A stretch of DNA of 64,000 nt from an uncultured delta proteobacterium (lineage in GTDB: Bacteria > Desulfobacterota > Syntrophorhabdia > Syntrophorhabdales > WCHB1-27), in the NCBI GenBank assembly GCA_963810935.1, contig CAWEPK010000007.1:288001-352000 (forward strand). Direction: 5' to 3'. Under the pieces are notes generated by a model. The model was not told the DNA's origin. It did no database searches and worked only from the letters and a program-made list of their open reading frames with translations. A program made the position numbers and the translations under genes. Of this stretch, positions 40,487 through 50,465 are shown piece after piece. How positions within the stretch are numbered: the stretch's first letter is position 1; each line of letters opens with the position of its first letter.

Positions 40487-41080
40487 ATGGGGATAAGAAC
40501 GACACCTACGGAAATGCACTGGAATTACTTCCTTTCCACTGAAGCGGACCTGATCCGGTTATCTCGCTTCATTGAATTTCACCCGAAGAACTACAATTGC
40601 TTTTCCGTTGAAATGGCTAGACTCCTAATGGCCTCCGCCGCTGAAGTCGACGTCGTCTGCAAAGAGCTCTGTAGAGCGATCAACCCCGCATCCCGGGCGG
40701 GTTCCATTAATCAGTACAGGGATGAGATCGTGCATGCTTTTCCCATGATCCCCAAGTTCGAGGTTCTCATGCCGCGACACGGCCTGCGCCTTAAGCCGTG
40801 GACGAATTGGGGACGGCCAAATAACCCTCCCGCCTGGTGGACGGCCTATAACAAGACGAAGCATCATAGACACACCGATTATCATAAGGCGTGCCTCAAG
40901 AATGTACTCAATGCCGTTTCCGGGCTTTTCGTGATCTGTTTATATCTCAACAAGGACAGGGCCGAGGCGGGGGAGCTTACGCCTTCGGCTGTGGTGTTAC
41001 GACCGAACGAGAAAAGATTCAGAGGAATTCATCATGGAGGGCTGGAGTTTGCAATCGTGTATAGACTAGGAGACCGTTAA
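40487..41080 (+). CDS. Cassette protein, hypothetical (possible HEPN-like 'WWTAYNKTKHHR')
   Basis: Clean ORF whose stop lies in the CGTTAAC inverse core. Confidence 0.7.
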   Translation: MGIRTTPTEMHWNYFLSTEADLIRLSRFIEFHPKNYNCFSVEMARLLMASAAEVDVVCKELCRAINPASRAGSINQYRDEIVHAFPMIPKFEVLMPRHGLRLKPWTNWGRPNNPPAWWTAYNKTKHHRHTDYHKACLKNVLNAVSGLFVICLYLNKDRAEAGELTPSAVVLRPNEKRFRGIHHGGLEFAIVYRLGDR

Positions 41081-41104
41081 CAAGGCGCTGAATGACGCAA
41101 TCTA

Positions 41105-42023
41105 TTGGAAAGCAATAGAATCAGCATGCGGTCAGAAACGGAAATTGAAATTATGGACAATGACATTGGAGATAGCTATAAGTTTGCACGGCTTGCCGTC
41201 GACAAGGCCAAACTTTGCTCGGTAAACGCGACCTCGCAAAATCCCCCTCCGCGTGTTGGAATAGTTCTAGAAAAAAACGGTGTCATGCTCGGTTGGGCTG
41301 CTAAAGGACATAATGGCGTGTATGTAATAGATGGTGTGGAGCATTCCTTTAAGATTCTGAAACACGAGCATGCCGAACAAGCCCTGCTATCGAAGCTACA
41401 TTTCTCTGATCTCACTGGCGCAACGGCGTACATAACTTTGGAGCCTTGCACAAAACGTAAAAAAGGAGAGTCGTGTGCGGAGCTCTTGGTTGCTAGTGGA
41501 ATTGCAGTCGTTTATGTTGGAAATTGTGATCCGAACCCAGACATTGGTGCTCTGGCATGGGGCCTCTTTCATAAGCATGGCATTACCGTCAAAGATTTCC
41601 CTGGTGATCTTCGAAATGAAGCGCGTCGTGACAATGCGGCATTTTTCGCCAAATTTTACTTGTCGCGCAAGGAAACTGGAAGCGCATCTTTTGACTACGA
41701 ATCCAACGGTGGACTGCGCATACTCGGGCGTACTGGGAGTCGAATTTCAAACGAGATGGACAAACCGTGGGGCGGGTTCAATTTATGCCCTAGATTACGA
41801 CCACAATGTGTGCGTTGCCAAGAACTGTTGTGAATTTGATCAGGTGGACGACCCAGGCCGTTGGCTGGAAGATTTACACTACACAAAGCCGGCCAATGAA
41901 GGTGAGATTGTTATCTTCCGGAATGAGCATGGATTTGCGCTCGTCAAGGTTCTGCGGGTCACACCCCGTACGACGATATCAAACGCAGAACTTCATTTCG
42001 CCTACGAACTGCGTTACAGATAA
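41105..42023 (+). CDS. Cassette protein: CDA/RibD-like Zn deaminase plus beta-rich C-terminal domain (frameshift near 41730)
   Basis: 'HAEQ', 'TLEPCTKRKKGESC'; C-terminus 'FDYESNGG...FQTRW...GEIVIFRNEHGFALVKV...ELHFAYEL'. Confidence 0.72.
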
Positions 42024-42074
42024 GCAATCGCTTTGGGCCGTGTGTCGACTATGAAGAGAGACGACGATTGGATT

Positions 42075-42149
42075 CTCTAACAATCGCATCAACTCGGACT
42101 GGCAATTCCGCTGCGCTTCATTGCCAGCCGGTGATGCGGAGCGTTAGAA
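42075..42149 (+). other. attC recombination site
   Basis: CTCTAAC...GTTAGAA bounding an imperfect hairpin (CGCATCA/TGATGCG, CTGGCAAT/ATTGCCAG). Confidence 0.88.
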
Positions 42150-42190
42150 CAAGAGCGAAGAATTACCACATGATAGGTCATAGATAGCTT

Positions 42191-43400
42191 ATGTCAGCAT
42201 ACGACAAGGAATTCCAGGAGATCGGACACTGCGGAGGGCAATTCATAGTAACGGTTAAAACTGACGATGCCGGCCAACGATCTATCCAATTCGGATGGAC
42301 ACACAGCCGTCCGACTCCTGCGGCAATTTTCGCTATTTACGCGCTTACCCAAGGCATTCCAGTTGGGACACTAGAAATCGGTGGAATTGGCCAGCCTATG
42401 GCACCGCCACCCACGTCAGGTTGCTGGCCGGTTATTATAGCGTCAGACAGCCTTGGCATGTTTGGGCACTACTGCCAAGAATGTTCTGGTTATTGGCGGT
42501 CTCAGGGAACTCCTTCTCGATGGAAAATGACATGTCCGTATTGTGGTCAACGAGCGGAAAGTCACGCGTTCTTAACCGAGGGTCAAACTCGATATGTTCG
42601 AGCTTGCTGCGACATAATAGCTGAAGCTTTACACGCAAACAAGGCTGGTGACTTTGTCGTAGACATGGACCGAGTTGCGGATATGGTAGGAAAAGATTGC
42701 GAAAAACCTAAATTTTATTACGCCGAAGAAAGCCAGCAGAACAAGTACAAGTGCCCGTCGTGTGGTGACTGGAATGACATTCTTGGGCGATACGGTTACT
42801 GCTCTTGTTGCGGTACGCATAATGGGGTTTACCAACTCGAACTGGAAATCGAGAGCTTACGCGAGAGAATTACCGCGACACACCTTTATGAAACGTGTGC
42901 TAAGGATATAGTAACTGCGTTTGACAGCTTTGCTAGACAGATCTCCAAGCAGCTTGCCAAACGCGTCCCCATGACTTCATCTAGGCGGTCCGTCTGGGAA
43001 AGGCGGCTTTTTCATAACCTCAAACCGTGCGCCGACGATCTCGCCGCCGTCTTTGATATCCACATATTCAAGGGTGTTAAGCCTGCGGATATCGACTTCG
43101 CAATTCTAATGTTTCACAGGCGTCACGTTTACGAGCATAACGGCGGGGAGGTGGATGAGAAGTACATCCGGGACAGTGGCGACACCTCCGTGCGCCTTAA
43201 ACAGGTAATTAGGGAAAACCAGGCGTCAGCGTTGAGGATCGCAGAGATCGACGCACAATGGGCAGAAACATCCATAAGGGGTTTCATGAGATATTTCCTC
43301 CGGAGGATGTGCCAATTAGCTTGCACTCCCTACACGTCAAACGGACCAGGAAGCCACCATCGGGACAGACAAAGGGGCCAGCATCCAGCGATGTGCTGTG
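42191..43400 (+). CDS. Cassette protein with four CxxC Zn motifs and a C-terminal HEPN-like domain (probable frameshift near 43250; true end approximate)
   Basis: CQEC, CPYC, CPSC, CSCC; Rx4H motif 'RHVYEH'. Confidence 0.68.
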
Positions 43401-43416
43401 AGAAGACACAAATGGG

Positions 43417-43479
43417 CTCTGACCAAGGCGTTTCACCCGCTCGCCAAGAAATAGGCGCCGGGTGACGCCCATGTTAGAC
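43417..43479 (+). other. attC-like site (degenerate inverse core)
   Basis: CTCTGAC...GGCGTTTCACCCG/CGGGTGACGCC...GTTAGAC. Confidence 0.72.
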
Positions 43480-43501
43480 CTAACAAAGACAAGAACACTG
43501 T

Positions 43502-44615
43502 ATGACGGAATCTATCGGAATAATTGAAGAAGAGCGACTTATCTTAATCCCTCGCAATTATTGGGGCAAGCACGAATTCTGTTTCCATCTTCACGATCAG
43601 CTCTGTGCATATGCTCAAACAATACGAGGCAAGCGGCATACACAATGTTGTTACGAGTGCATTTCTGGAAAGCATTCGGGGAAGAGAACAGGAGTTTGAA
43701 GGTGTAAATATTCTTGAGTGGATGAAGGAAAGAAATCTTATCGAACCATATCGACATCATGTTCTTAGTCATGTGGTCCTCGCATTGACTGCGGATTTGC
43801 TCAACTTTCTATACGAGGCACTGCGGGCATTTGAGAAACGCAAGTTCTCTGTCGGTTTTTCGTTACTTCGGAAACCACTTAAAGAACATATCCTCTACCT
43901 CGCATGGGTCCTTGCCGATGACGCAGATTTCATCTCCAGGTTCGAATCCAAGAACTACAAGACGCTAAGTGGGGTAACAAAAGATCGACAAATAGAACTG
44001 ATCTCAAACGCAATAAGTCACCTCGCCTCAAGCGAAATGTTCGATCCTCAGGTCGTTTGGGCGATGATTTACTCGAAGAAGCACCCTTACGGTTTTGAAC
44101 CGACATGGCAGAGAGCGACGCATCTAGTCACTTCTATGGGCGATTTACTGAAGACGGAAGACTATTCGTTGAACTTCGTGTTTGAAGACCCGCGCGACGA
44201 CGGCTATTATGAATTCCTGTATTCGAAACTGCCCTATTTGCTCATCTATGTCATGCAGCTTTCGCTTGAAGTATTCAGCAGGATTTCTGCCGTAAATGAA
44301 AAGACATATGCTCATTTGGTCATCACAACTATGGGATGCTATGAGGCTCTTTTTCGGGATGGGAGGTCCCAGCATATTGCGCGAATGCTGAATTCGCAAA
44401 TGGGCGAACTTCTGAAATGCCTCCACTGTGATGCTAAGCTGAAGGTTACGAAGAAGAACGCGCCTGCATTATATCTGACAGAACAAATTCTTTGTAAGAA
44501 TTGTGGTTTGGTATCGGAGGTACCACTGTACTGGTTATTTTCTCAAGCAAAAATCAATATCAAACGGGTTAAGAACGAACCTGATCGGATAGGAAAGGCG
44601 GCCACTTCCCCGTGA
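43502..44615 (+). CDS. Cassette protein, helical (HEPN-like?) with C-terminal Zn ribbon (frameshift near 43603)
   Basis: 'LLRKPLKE', 'RATHLVT', CLHC...CKNC; removing 1 nt joins ORFs 43502 and 43605. Confidence 0.62.
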
Positions 44616-44825
44616 CCCATGTTGCCACCTTTCGCACGGCATTCCGTGATTCCCGAACCTTGCCCTCATGCAACCCTCGCAGGCGCACTATTTGCAACCC
44701 TCCGCCAATTCGTTTCACCGCTTTCTGATATAGCCACCCGTAGAATGAAATCTTTCTCACGGACTGCCCTTGACCAGGTGATGCCCAACATATAACCGCT
44801 CGCAGGCCGGAGAGGCGGCCACCCG

Positions 44826-45134
44826 CTATTTCGGGCCGGAGCCGTGCTCGCTCAGGTACTGCTTATATTCTCCGAGCAGCACGTGGGCGTACTCCGTGCG
44901 GGCGCGGCCCGACGATGGTATGAAGTTCTTGTTCGCTTCAAGCCTTTTGAGGATCTCCTCGCCCGTCTCGCGGTCCGCCTGCCTGCCTTCGGCGTGGAGG
45001 CCGGCCAGTATCTCGGTGAGGCCGTTGACGCGGACTTGCGAGCCATCGGGAAACTTCAGCATGCGCCAGCTAACTGCGGGCGCGTCGGACTCGTCCCCTC
45101 AGGTCATTCAGCCTATTTTTTCAAAAAGCGCCAT
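44826..45134 (-). CDS. Putative 102-aa selenoprotein with a UxxU motif (two in-frame TGA codons)
   Basis: AAGGAG RBS, ATG 45134, MALFEKIG-U-MT-U-GDESDAPAVSWR in frame with ORF 44826-45062. Confidence 0.72.
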
Positions 45135-45151
45135 GACTCTTCTTACTCCTT

Positions 45152-45514
45152 TTAGTTTTGACCGGCCGCGCAGCAAGCGGCGTCCGCGTCAGCCTTTGCC
45201 GCCATGAACGCGTCCAGCCTTTCGCGGTCGGACGCGACCTCCGCGTCACGGACCCTCTCTGCAATCGACAGGAAAAGGAGCCGCTTGAACAGGTCCGATT
45301 CGTTGAGGCGGTAGTGCATCCACTTGCCCTCGCGCCTGTCCTTGACCAGCCCGGCCTCTTTGAGTGCTTTTAGGTGGAAGGAAATCTTCGGCTGTGGCAT
45401 ATCGACTGCTGCCACGAGGTGGCAGACGCACAGCTCGCCGTTTTCCAGGAGCTTGACTATCCTGAGCCTCGTTTCATCCGACAATGCCTTGAACAAGGAC
45501 AGAAGCTCGTCCAT
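45152..45514 (-). CDS. arsR: ArsR/SmtB family metalloregulator
   Basis: 'FKALSDETRLRI', 'ELCVCHL', 'SFHLKALKEAGLV...EGKWMHY'; C-terminal CC. Confidence 0.9.
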   Translation of the reverse strand: MDELLSLFKALSDETRLRIVKLLENGELCVCHLVAAVDMPQPKISFHLKALKEAGLVKDRREGKWMHYRLNESDLFKRLLFLSIAERVRDAEVASDRERLDAFMAAKADADAACCAAGQN

Positions 45515-45547
45515 CGTATCCTCCGGTTACATCAACTATAATGAATA

Positions 45548-45649
45548 TTAATAACGCACATTATGCATGGTGTCAACCAAAGAATTTTGATGCTACATTG
45601 AAACTGATTGATATGTTGTCTTGACAGGGACATCGTAAAGGCTTATTAT
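45548..45649. promoter_or_regulatory. Divergent sigma70 promoters: arsR (TTGACA 45576-45571, TATTAA) and hgcA (TTGACA 45621, 17 bp, TATTAT 45644)
   Basis: Consensus hexamers at 17-bp spacing in an AT-rich intergenic region. Confidence 0.7.
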
Positions 45650-45655
45650 GAAAAT

Positions 45656-46777
45656 ATGAAAACTCATTGTGAGATAGAAACGCCCGCCGCGCAATCCTGC
45701 TGAGGGCCGAAGATGCGGACCCAGGCGGGTCCACCGCGAATGGAGCAGGTTTTTGTGACCGGCTCGATAGATACCGCTGCCGGCCCGGTGGCGCTGGTTT
45801 CGCACGTGTTCTCCCGGTCGGACCGCCTCGGGGCGTGGAAGTCCCGGTGGGGTATAGGCCGCATGGCCTATACCGTTGATCCCGGCCTGTACGCCGTAGG
45901 CGAGGCCCGTCCGGAATCGCCCGTTTTCGTCACGGCCAACTACAAGATGACCTTCGACCTCCTGCGGCGGGCCCTTGCAGGCATAGACGGCTGGATACTC
46001 GTGCTCGACACGAAAGGCATCAACGTCTGGTGCGCGGCGGGGAAGGGCACGTTCGGCACCGACGAGCTTGTGGGGCGCATCGAAGCGAGCGGTCTTGCCG
46101 GTGTGGTGACCCACAGGCAGGTTATAGTGCCGCAGCTAGGCGCGCCGGGCGTGTCGGCCTACGAGGTTAGGCGGCGCTCCGGGTTCAAGGTGGTCTACGG
46201 ACCCGTCCGGGCGGACGACCTGCCCGCTTTTCTGCATGGCGGCCTCAAAGCGACGGGCCGGATGCGGACGAAGGATTTCCCGCTCGCCGAAAGGCTCGCC
46301 CTGGTCCCTATGGAAGTCGTGCCTGCCGTAAAGTGGGGCATCGTCGCGGCTGCGGCGCTGTCTGTTCTATCATTTTTCATTTCCGGCTTCTCGCCGTCGA
46401 AGGCGGCGGGCTGGACACTGCTCGCCGGCGTTTGGCTCGGCTCGGCGGTCTTCGCGGGCGCCGTGCTCACGCCCGTGCTGCTGCCGTGGCTTCCAGGCAG
46501 GGCCTTTTCGACAAAGGGGCTCGGCCCTGGTCTTCTTTTCGGCCTTTGCGCTGCGCTGGTCGGCGGCGCGCTCCACAGCGGCGCGGCTGCGGTCCTCGCG
46601 GGTGTCGTCTTCATCCCGGCAATGGCTGCGTTTCTGGCGATGAACTTCACCGGCTCGTCAACGTTTACGTCGCTCTCCGGCGTCCGAAAGGAGATGCGCG
46701 TTGCCCTGCCGCTCGAGATTGCCGGCATGGCGTGCGGCCTTATTCTGTGGATTGCCGCCGTTGTAACGGGAGGATAA
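45656..46777 (+). CDS. hgcA: Mercury methylation corrinoid protein HgcA, with N-terminal Cys-Sec extension (TGA 45701-45703)
   Basis: Cap helix 'GINVWCAAGKG', 'TANYKMTFD', C-terminal TMs with 'NFTGSSTFTSLSGVRKEM'; upstream in-frame MKTHCEIETPAAQSC-U-GP. Confidence 0.95.
45717..45732 (+). other. Putative bacterial SECIS hairpin
   Basis: GGACCC-AGGC-GGGTCC, 13 nt after the in-frame TGA. Confidence 0.6.
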
Positions 46778-46784
46778 ATATCTT

Positions 46785-47074
46785 ATGCGCCCTTTGCTTT
46801 ACCTTGACGATGTAACCACCCTTACGTTCGACGAGACGAAGTGCACGGGCTGCGGTATGTGCCTCGTTGTCTGCCCGCGCGAGGTATTCCGGGCCTCCGA
46901 CGGCAAGGTCCAACTCGCCTCGCGCAACGCGTGCATGGAGTGCGGCGCGTGCAGGCGCAACTGCCCGAGCGGCGCCCTCGACGTAAGGGCGGGGGTCGGC
47001 TGCGCGGCGGGCATGATCAACCGGATGCTCGGCAGAAAGACGGCCTGCTGCGGAGTCGATGACGATAGCCGGAC

Positions 47075-47087
<13 letters not shown>
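46785..47087 (+). CDS. hgcB: Mercury methylation ferredoxin HgcB
   Basis: 'CTGCGMC..VCP', 'CMECGAC..NCP', 'GVGCA', C-terminal CC. Confidence 0.95.
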
Positions 47088-47512
<425 letters not shown>

Positions 47513-47712
47513 ATAAGCGCACCCGGCGCAGCTTCCGCGCTTGTTCCCGCCCTGTAGTACATGATTGCCGATAAGCACCACGGTATTGATGCAAGATAAA
47601 ATATTTTTGTAGACAGGACGTCCCGAGGCGTGAGAGAAATATATTGTCGATACTGCGCTGAAAGACCGTTGCAGTCCATGCGACGGGAAGTTACACATAC
47701 AGGAGGAGCGGT

Positions 47713-47994
47713 ATGAAAGTACTGGTAGGTTTTCTCGTATTGGGACTGGTGCTCTTTGTAGGCATCGGCACGGCCGGCGCGCAGAGCAGCAATCCCCAGC
47801 ATTCGATCGATTTAAGCCAGGCAAAAACTACGACGAACAACGTAGTCAACGCCGGGGCGGTACAGCCTTCGACCGGCACGGTCCAGGGCTCGACGAGCAC
47901 GGTCCACATGACTACACCGCCTCCGGGCTCGATACCCGGCAGCGGCGGAAAGCCGAGGAACTCAGCACCGCCTCCCCCGCCGCCAAAGAAGTAG
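47713..47994 (+). CDS. Small secreted Pro/Thr-rich protein
   Basis: RBS AGGAGG, signal peptide, terminator at 48008-48050. Confidence 0.65.
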   Translation: MKVLVGFLVLGLVLFVGIGTAGAQSSNPQHSIDLSQAKTTTNNVVNAGAVQPSTGTVQGSTSTVHMTTPPPGSIPGSGGKPRNSAPPPPPPKK

Positions 47995-48153
47995 CAAGCC
48001 TTACATGAATGGGCGCCCGGCCCGCAAAATAAGGGCCGGACGCCCATTTTACGAGCGAACTCTTACCACTCAATTTATCGGCAACAACATCGGCAGATTC
48101 TTCTCAATATTAAGTCGATTATTGACTCAGTTATGCTTATATGTTAAAGAATA

Positions 48154-49422
48154 GTGACCATGCCTATTCGGCATAAAGATCGGCAGATGTATGATCAAAT
48201 ACACCAGATGGAACCGCTGCTTCCTGCCCAAGCTATGGTTTTGGAAGATAAAGCGAGGCAGATCGTTGACCGTTCCGCGACACTTGTCTGTTCTCTGCAT
48301 CCGATCAGCCTACAGCCTGTCATTGAGCTTTTGCGGCTTATAAACAGTTATTACTCGAACCTCATCGAGGGCCACAGCACCCATCCTACAGCTATAGAAG
48401 AGGCAATGCGGGAGGACTATGACCGTGACCCGGTTAAGCGGGATTTACAACAGGAAAGCTTGGCTCACATTGAGTGTCAGCGTAAGATGGAGGAGCGGCT
48501 TAAGATAGAACCGGACTTGAACGTGGCGGCTACACCTTTTCTTTGCTGGCTGCATAAAATTTTCTATGACCGACTCCCCGAAAGGCTGCGACTCGTGAGG
48601 GATGATAGGACAGGGGAAGTGCTCGAAGTAATTGGCGGCGAGCTACGAGAAAGGGAGGTTAGGGTTGCGCGCCATGTAGGGCCGGAGGCTGATGCCGTAC
48701 CGGCATTCTTAGAACGGTTCGCTGACTTCTACGGAAGCGATAGACATCACGGCATCATACCATTGATTGCCGCAGCAGCATCTCATCACCGCCTCGTGTG
48801 GATTCACCCATTCCTGGATGGAAACGGCAGGGTAGCGCGTCTCTATACAGACGCCTGTTTTAGAAGGTTTGCCCTTACCGGATACGGTCTATGGAATGTA
48901 AGCCGGGGCCTCGCCCGCCGGAGAGAAGACTACATGACGGCTCTTACGTGGGCGGATGCAGCAGGCCGCAATGATTACGATGGCCGGGGAAATCTTTCCC
49001 ATGAAGGTTTGGTCAGGTTTTGCGACTTCTTCTTTAACGTCTGTATTGACCAGATTGATTACATGAGGGGTTTGCTGGGACTCAATGCGTTGCTGGACCG
49101 GATAAACGGATACGTTCAGCTACGCGCGGCACAGGTTGCGCCTCCACCCAAACGGGGCCAACCACGGCTGAAGCCGGAGGCCGCTTACATGCTGCAGGAA
49201 GCCTTGCTGAGGGGCGAGGTAGCAAGAGGAGACATAATCCGGGTCTCCGGCATGGCGGAACGAACCGGGCGAATACTGCTCGGGCAGTTGTTGAGTGAGG
49301 GATTGCTTGTTTCCGATACGCCTAAGGGGCCAGTGAGATTGGCGTTTCCCATCTTTGTTGCGGGGTACCTCTTTCCAGATCTTTACCCGGCTCAGATTAT
49401 GCCCTCACCTCCTATGTTATAA
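48154..49422 (+). CDS. Fic family protein
   Basis: 'SYYSNLIEG', canonical 'HPFLDGNGRVAR'. Confidence 0.9.
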   Translation: MTMPIRHKDRQMYDQIHQMEPLLPAQAMVLEDKARQIVDRSATLVCSLHPISLQPVIELLRLINSYYSNLIEGHSTHPTAIEEAMREDYDRDPVKRDLQQESLAHIECQRKMEERLKIEPDLNVAATPFLCWLHKIFYDRLPERLRLVRDDRTGEVLEVIGGELREREVRVARHVGPEADAVPAFLERFADFYGSDRHHGIIPLIAAAASHHRLVWIHPFLDGNGRVARLYTDACFRRFALTGYGLWNVSRGLARRREDYMTALTWADAAGRNDYDGRGNLSHEGLVRFCDFFFNVCIDQIDYMRGLLGLNALLDRINGYVQLRAAQVAPPPKRGQPRLKPEAAYMLQEALLRGEVARGDIIRVSGMAERTGRILLGQLLSEGLLVSDTPKGPVRLAFPIFVAGYLFPDLYPAQIMPSPPML

Positions 49423-49451
49423 AGTGCTTCTTTAAAAACCTCTGCCGTCCC

Positions 49452-50252
49452 TTACTCCACTTTTGCCGGCCGGCCGGGGGTCGTCGCCGGCTCGCCGTTT
49501 TTCCATTCCCCTGCATACTTTACCTCGCCAAGTACCCGTGCAATCCCGTAGCCGTGAGGCTTGCCGTTTTTGAAATCACCTTCGTAAACGGCCCCATTGG
49601 GGAGTTTGAGAATCCCTTTGCCGTTGGGGTCGCCGTTCTTGAAGTCGCCTTCATAAACGGCCCCGTCGGCTTTCTTCACAACACCTTTGCCGTGAGGCTT
49701 GCCCTCTTTGAAATCGCCTTGATACGTTGTCCCGTCGAGCCTTTTGGCCGTTCCTTTGCCATTGAGGTTGCCGTCCCTGAAGTCGCCCTCATACACGGTC
49801 CCGTCGGCGTTCTTAAGAACGCCTTTGCCGTTAGGTTGGTTATTCTTATAGTCGCCCGTGTGAACACGACCGTCGGGCCACTTGTAAACTCCTTTCCCTT
49901 CTCTTTTGCCGTCCAGGAAGTCGCCTTCGTAAGCCTCACCCTCGGGCGACCGGCAAACGCCTTTGCCGTTGAGCCTCCCTTCCTTCATGATACCGTCACA
50001 TTGAGCAGTTGCGGCAGGGTCTTCCTCACAATGGTAGCTTGCCGTCAGTACGCCTTTGCCGTCAGCTTTGCCGTCCACCACCGGCCCTGACCAGCTTGCC
50101 TCTTTTAACGTGCAAGCGTCCTTGTAGAGCCATACGCAGAGCTGGCCCCCCGTTGCCCGGTCCTTTGTGCATACCTCGGCTGCCATCGAGATGGAGCCTG
50201 AAATCATGATGAACATCATTGCGACGATCACTGAAGTGCATCTTGTTGTCAT
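49452..50252 (-). CDS. Secreted MORN-repeat protein
   Basis: Signal peptide; repeats 'YEGDFKNGxPNGKGxxxxxDG'. Confidence 0.88.
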   Translation of the reverse strand: MTTRCTSVIVAMMFIMISGSISMAAEVCTKDRATGGQLCVWLYKDACTLKEASWSGPVVDGKADGKGVLTASYHCEEDPAATAQCDGIMKEGRLNGKGVCRSPEGEAYEGDFLDGKREGKGVYKWPDGRVHTGDYKNNQPNGKGVLKNADGTVYEGDFRDGNLNGKGTAKRLDGTTYQGDFKEGKPHGKGVVKKADGAVYEGDFKNGDPNGKGILKLPNGAVYEGDFKNGKPHGYGIARVLGEVKYAGEWKNGEPATTPGRPAKVE

Positions 50253-50465
50253 TAACGTTGCCTCCCGTTATCCAATTTGTGGATTCCCTGCAGCTTGCTG
50301 CAGGGAGACCTTTTTCCGCTTCGCTCCGTGACAATTATTGGGGTTCAGCACCCCCTCGCCGGGCAAAGCCCGTCGGGGCACCCGCTTTGCGGGTCGTCCC
50401 CGCTCGGCGCGGCGCTACGCTTGCTTTAATACCCTGCTGCTTGCAGCAGGGTATTTATTAAGCGT

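Larger units (their letters stand above)
40473..44625 (+). mobile_element. Integron gene-cassette array lacking an integrase (CALIN)
   Basis: Four co-oriented lower-GC ORFs separated by attC or attC-like sites; GTTAGCG core at 40473. Confidence 0.78.

Noticed and set aside
45713..46777. Calling HgcA a CdhD/AcsC subunit of CO dehydrogenase/acetyl-CoA synthase
   Set aside because: The NVWCAAGK cap helix, TM tail and adjacent HgcB identify it as HgcA.
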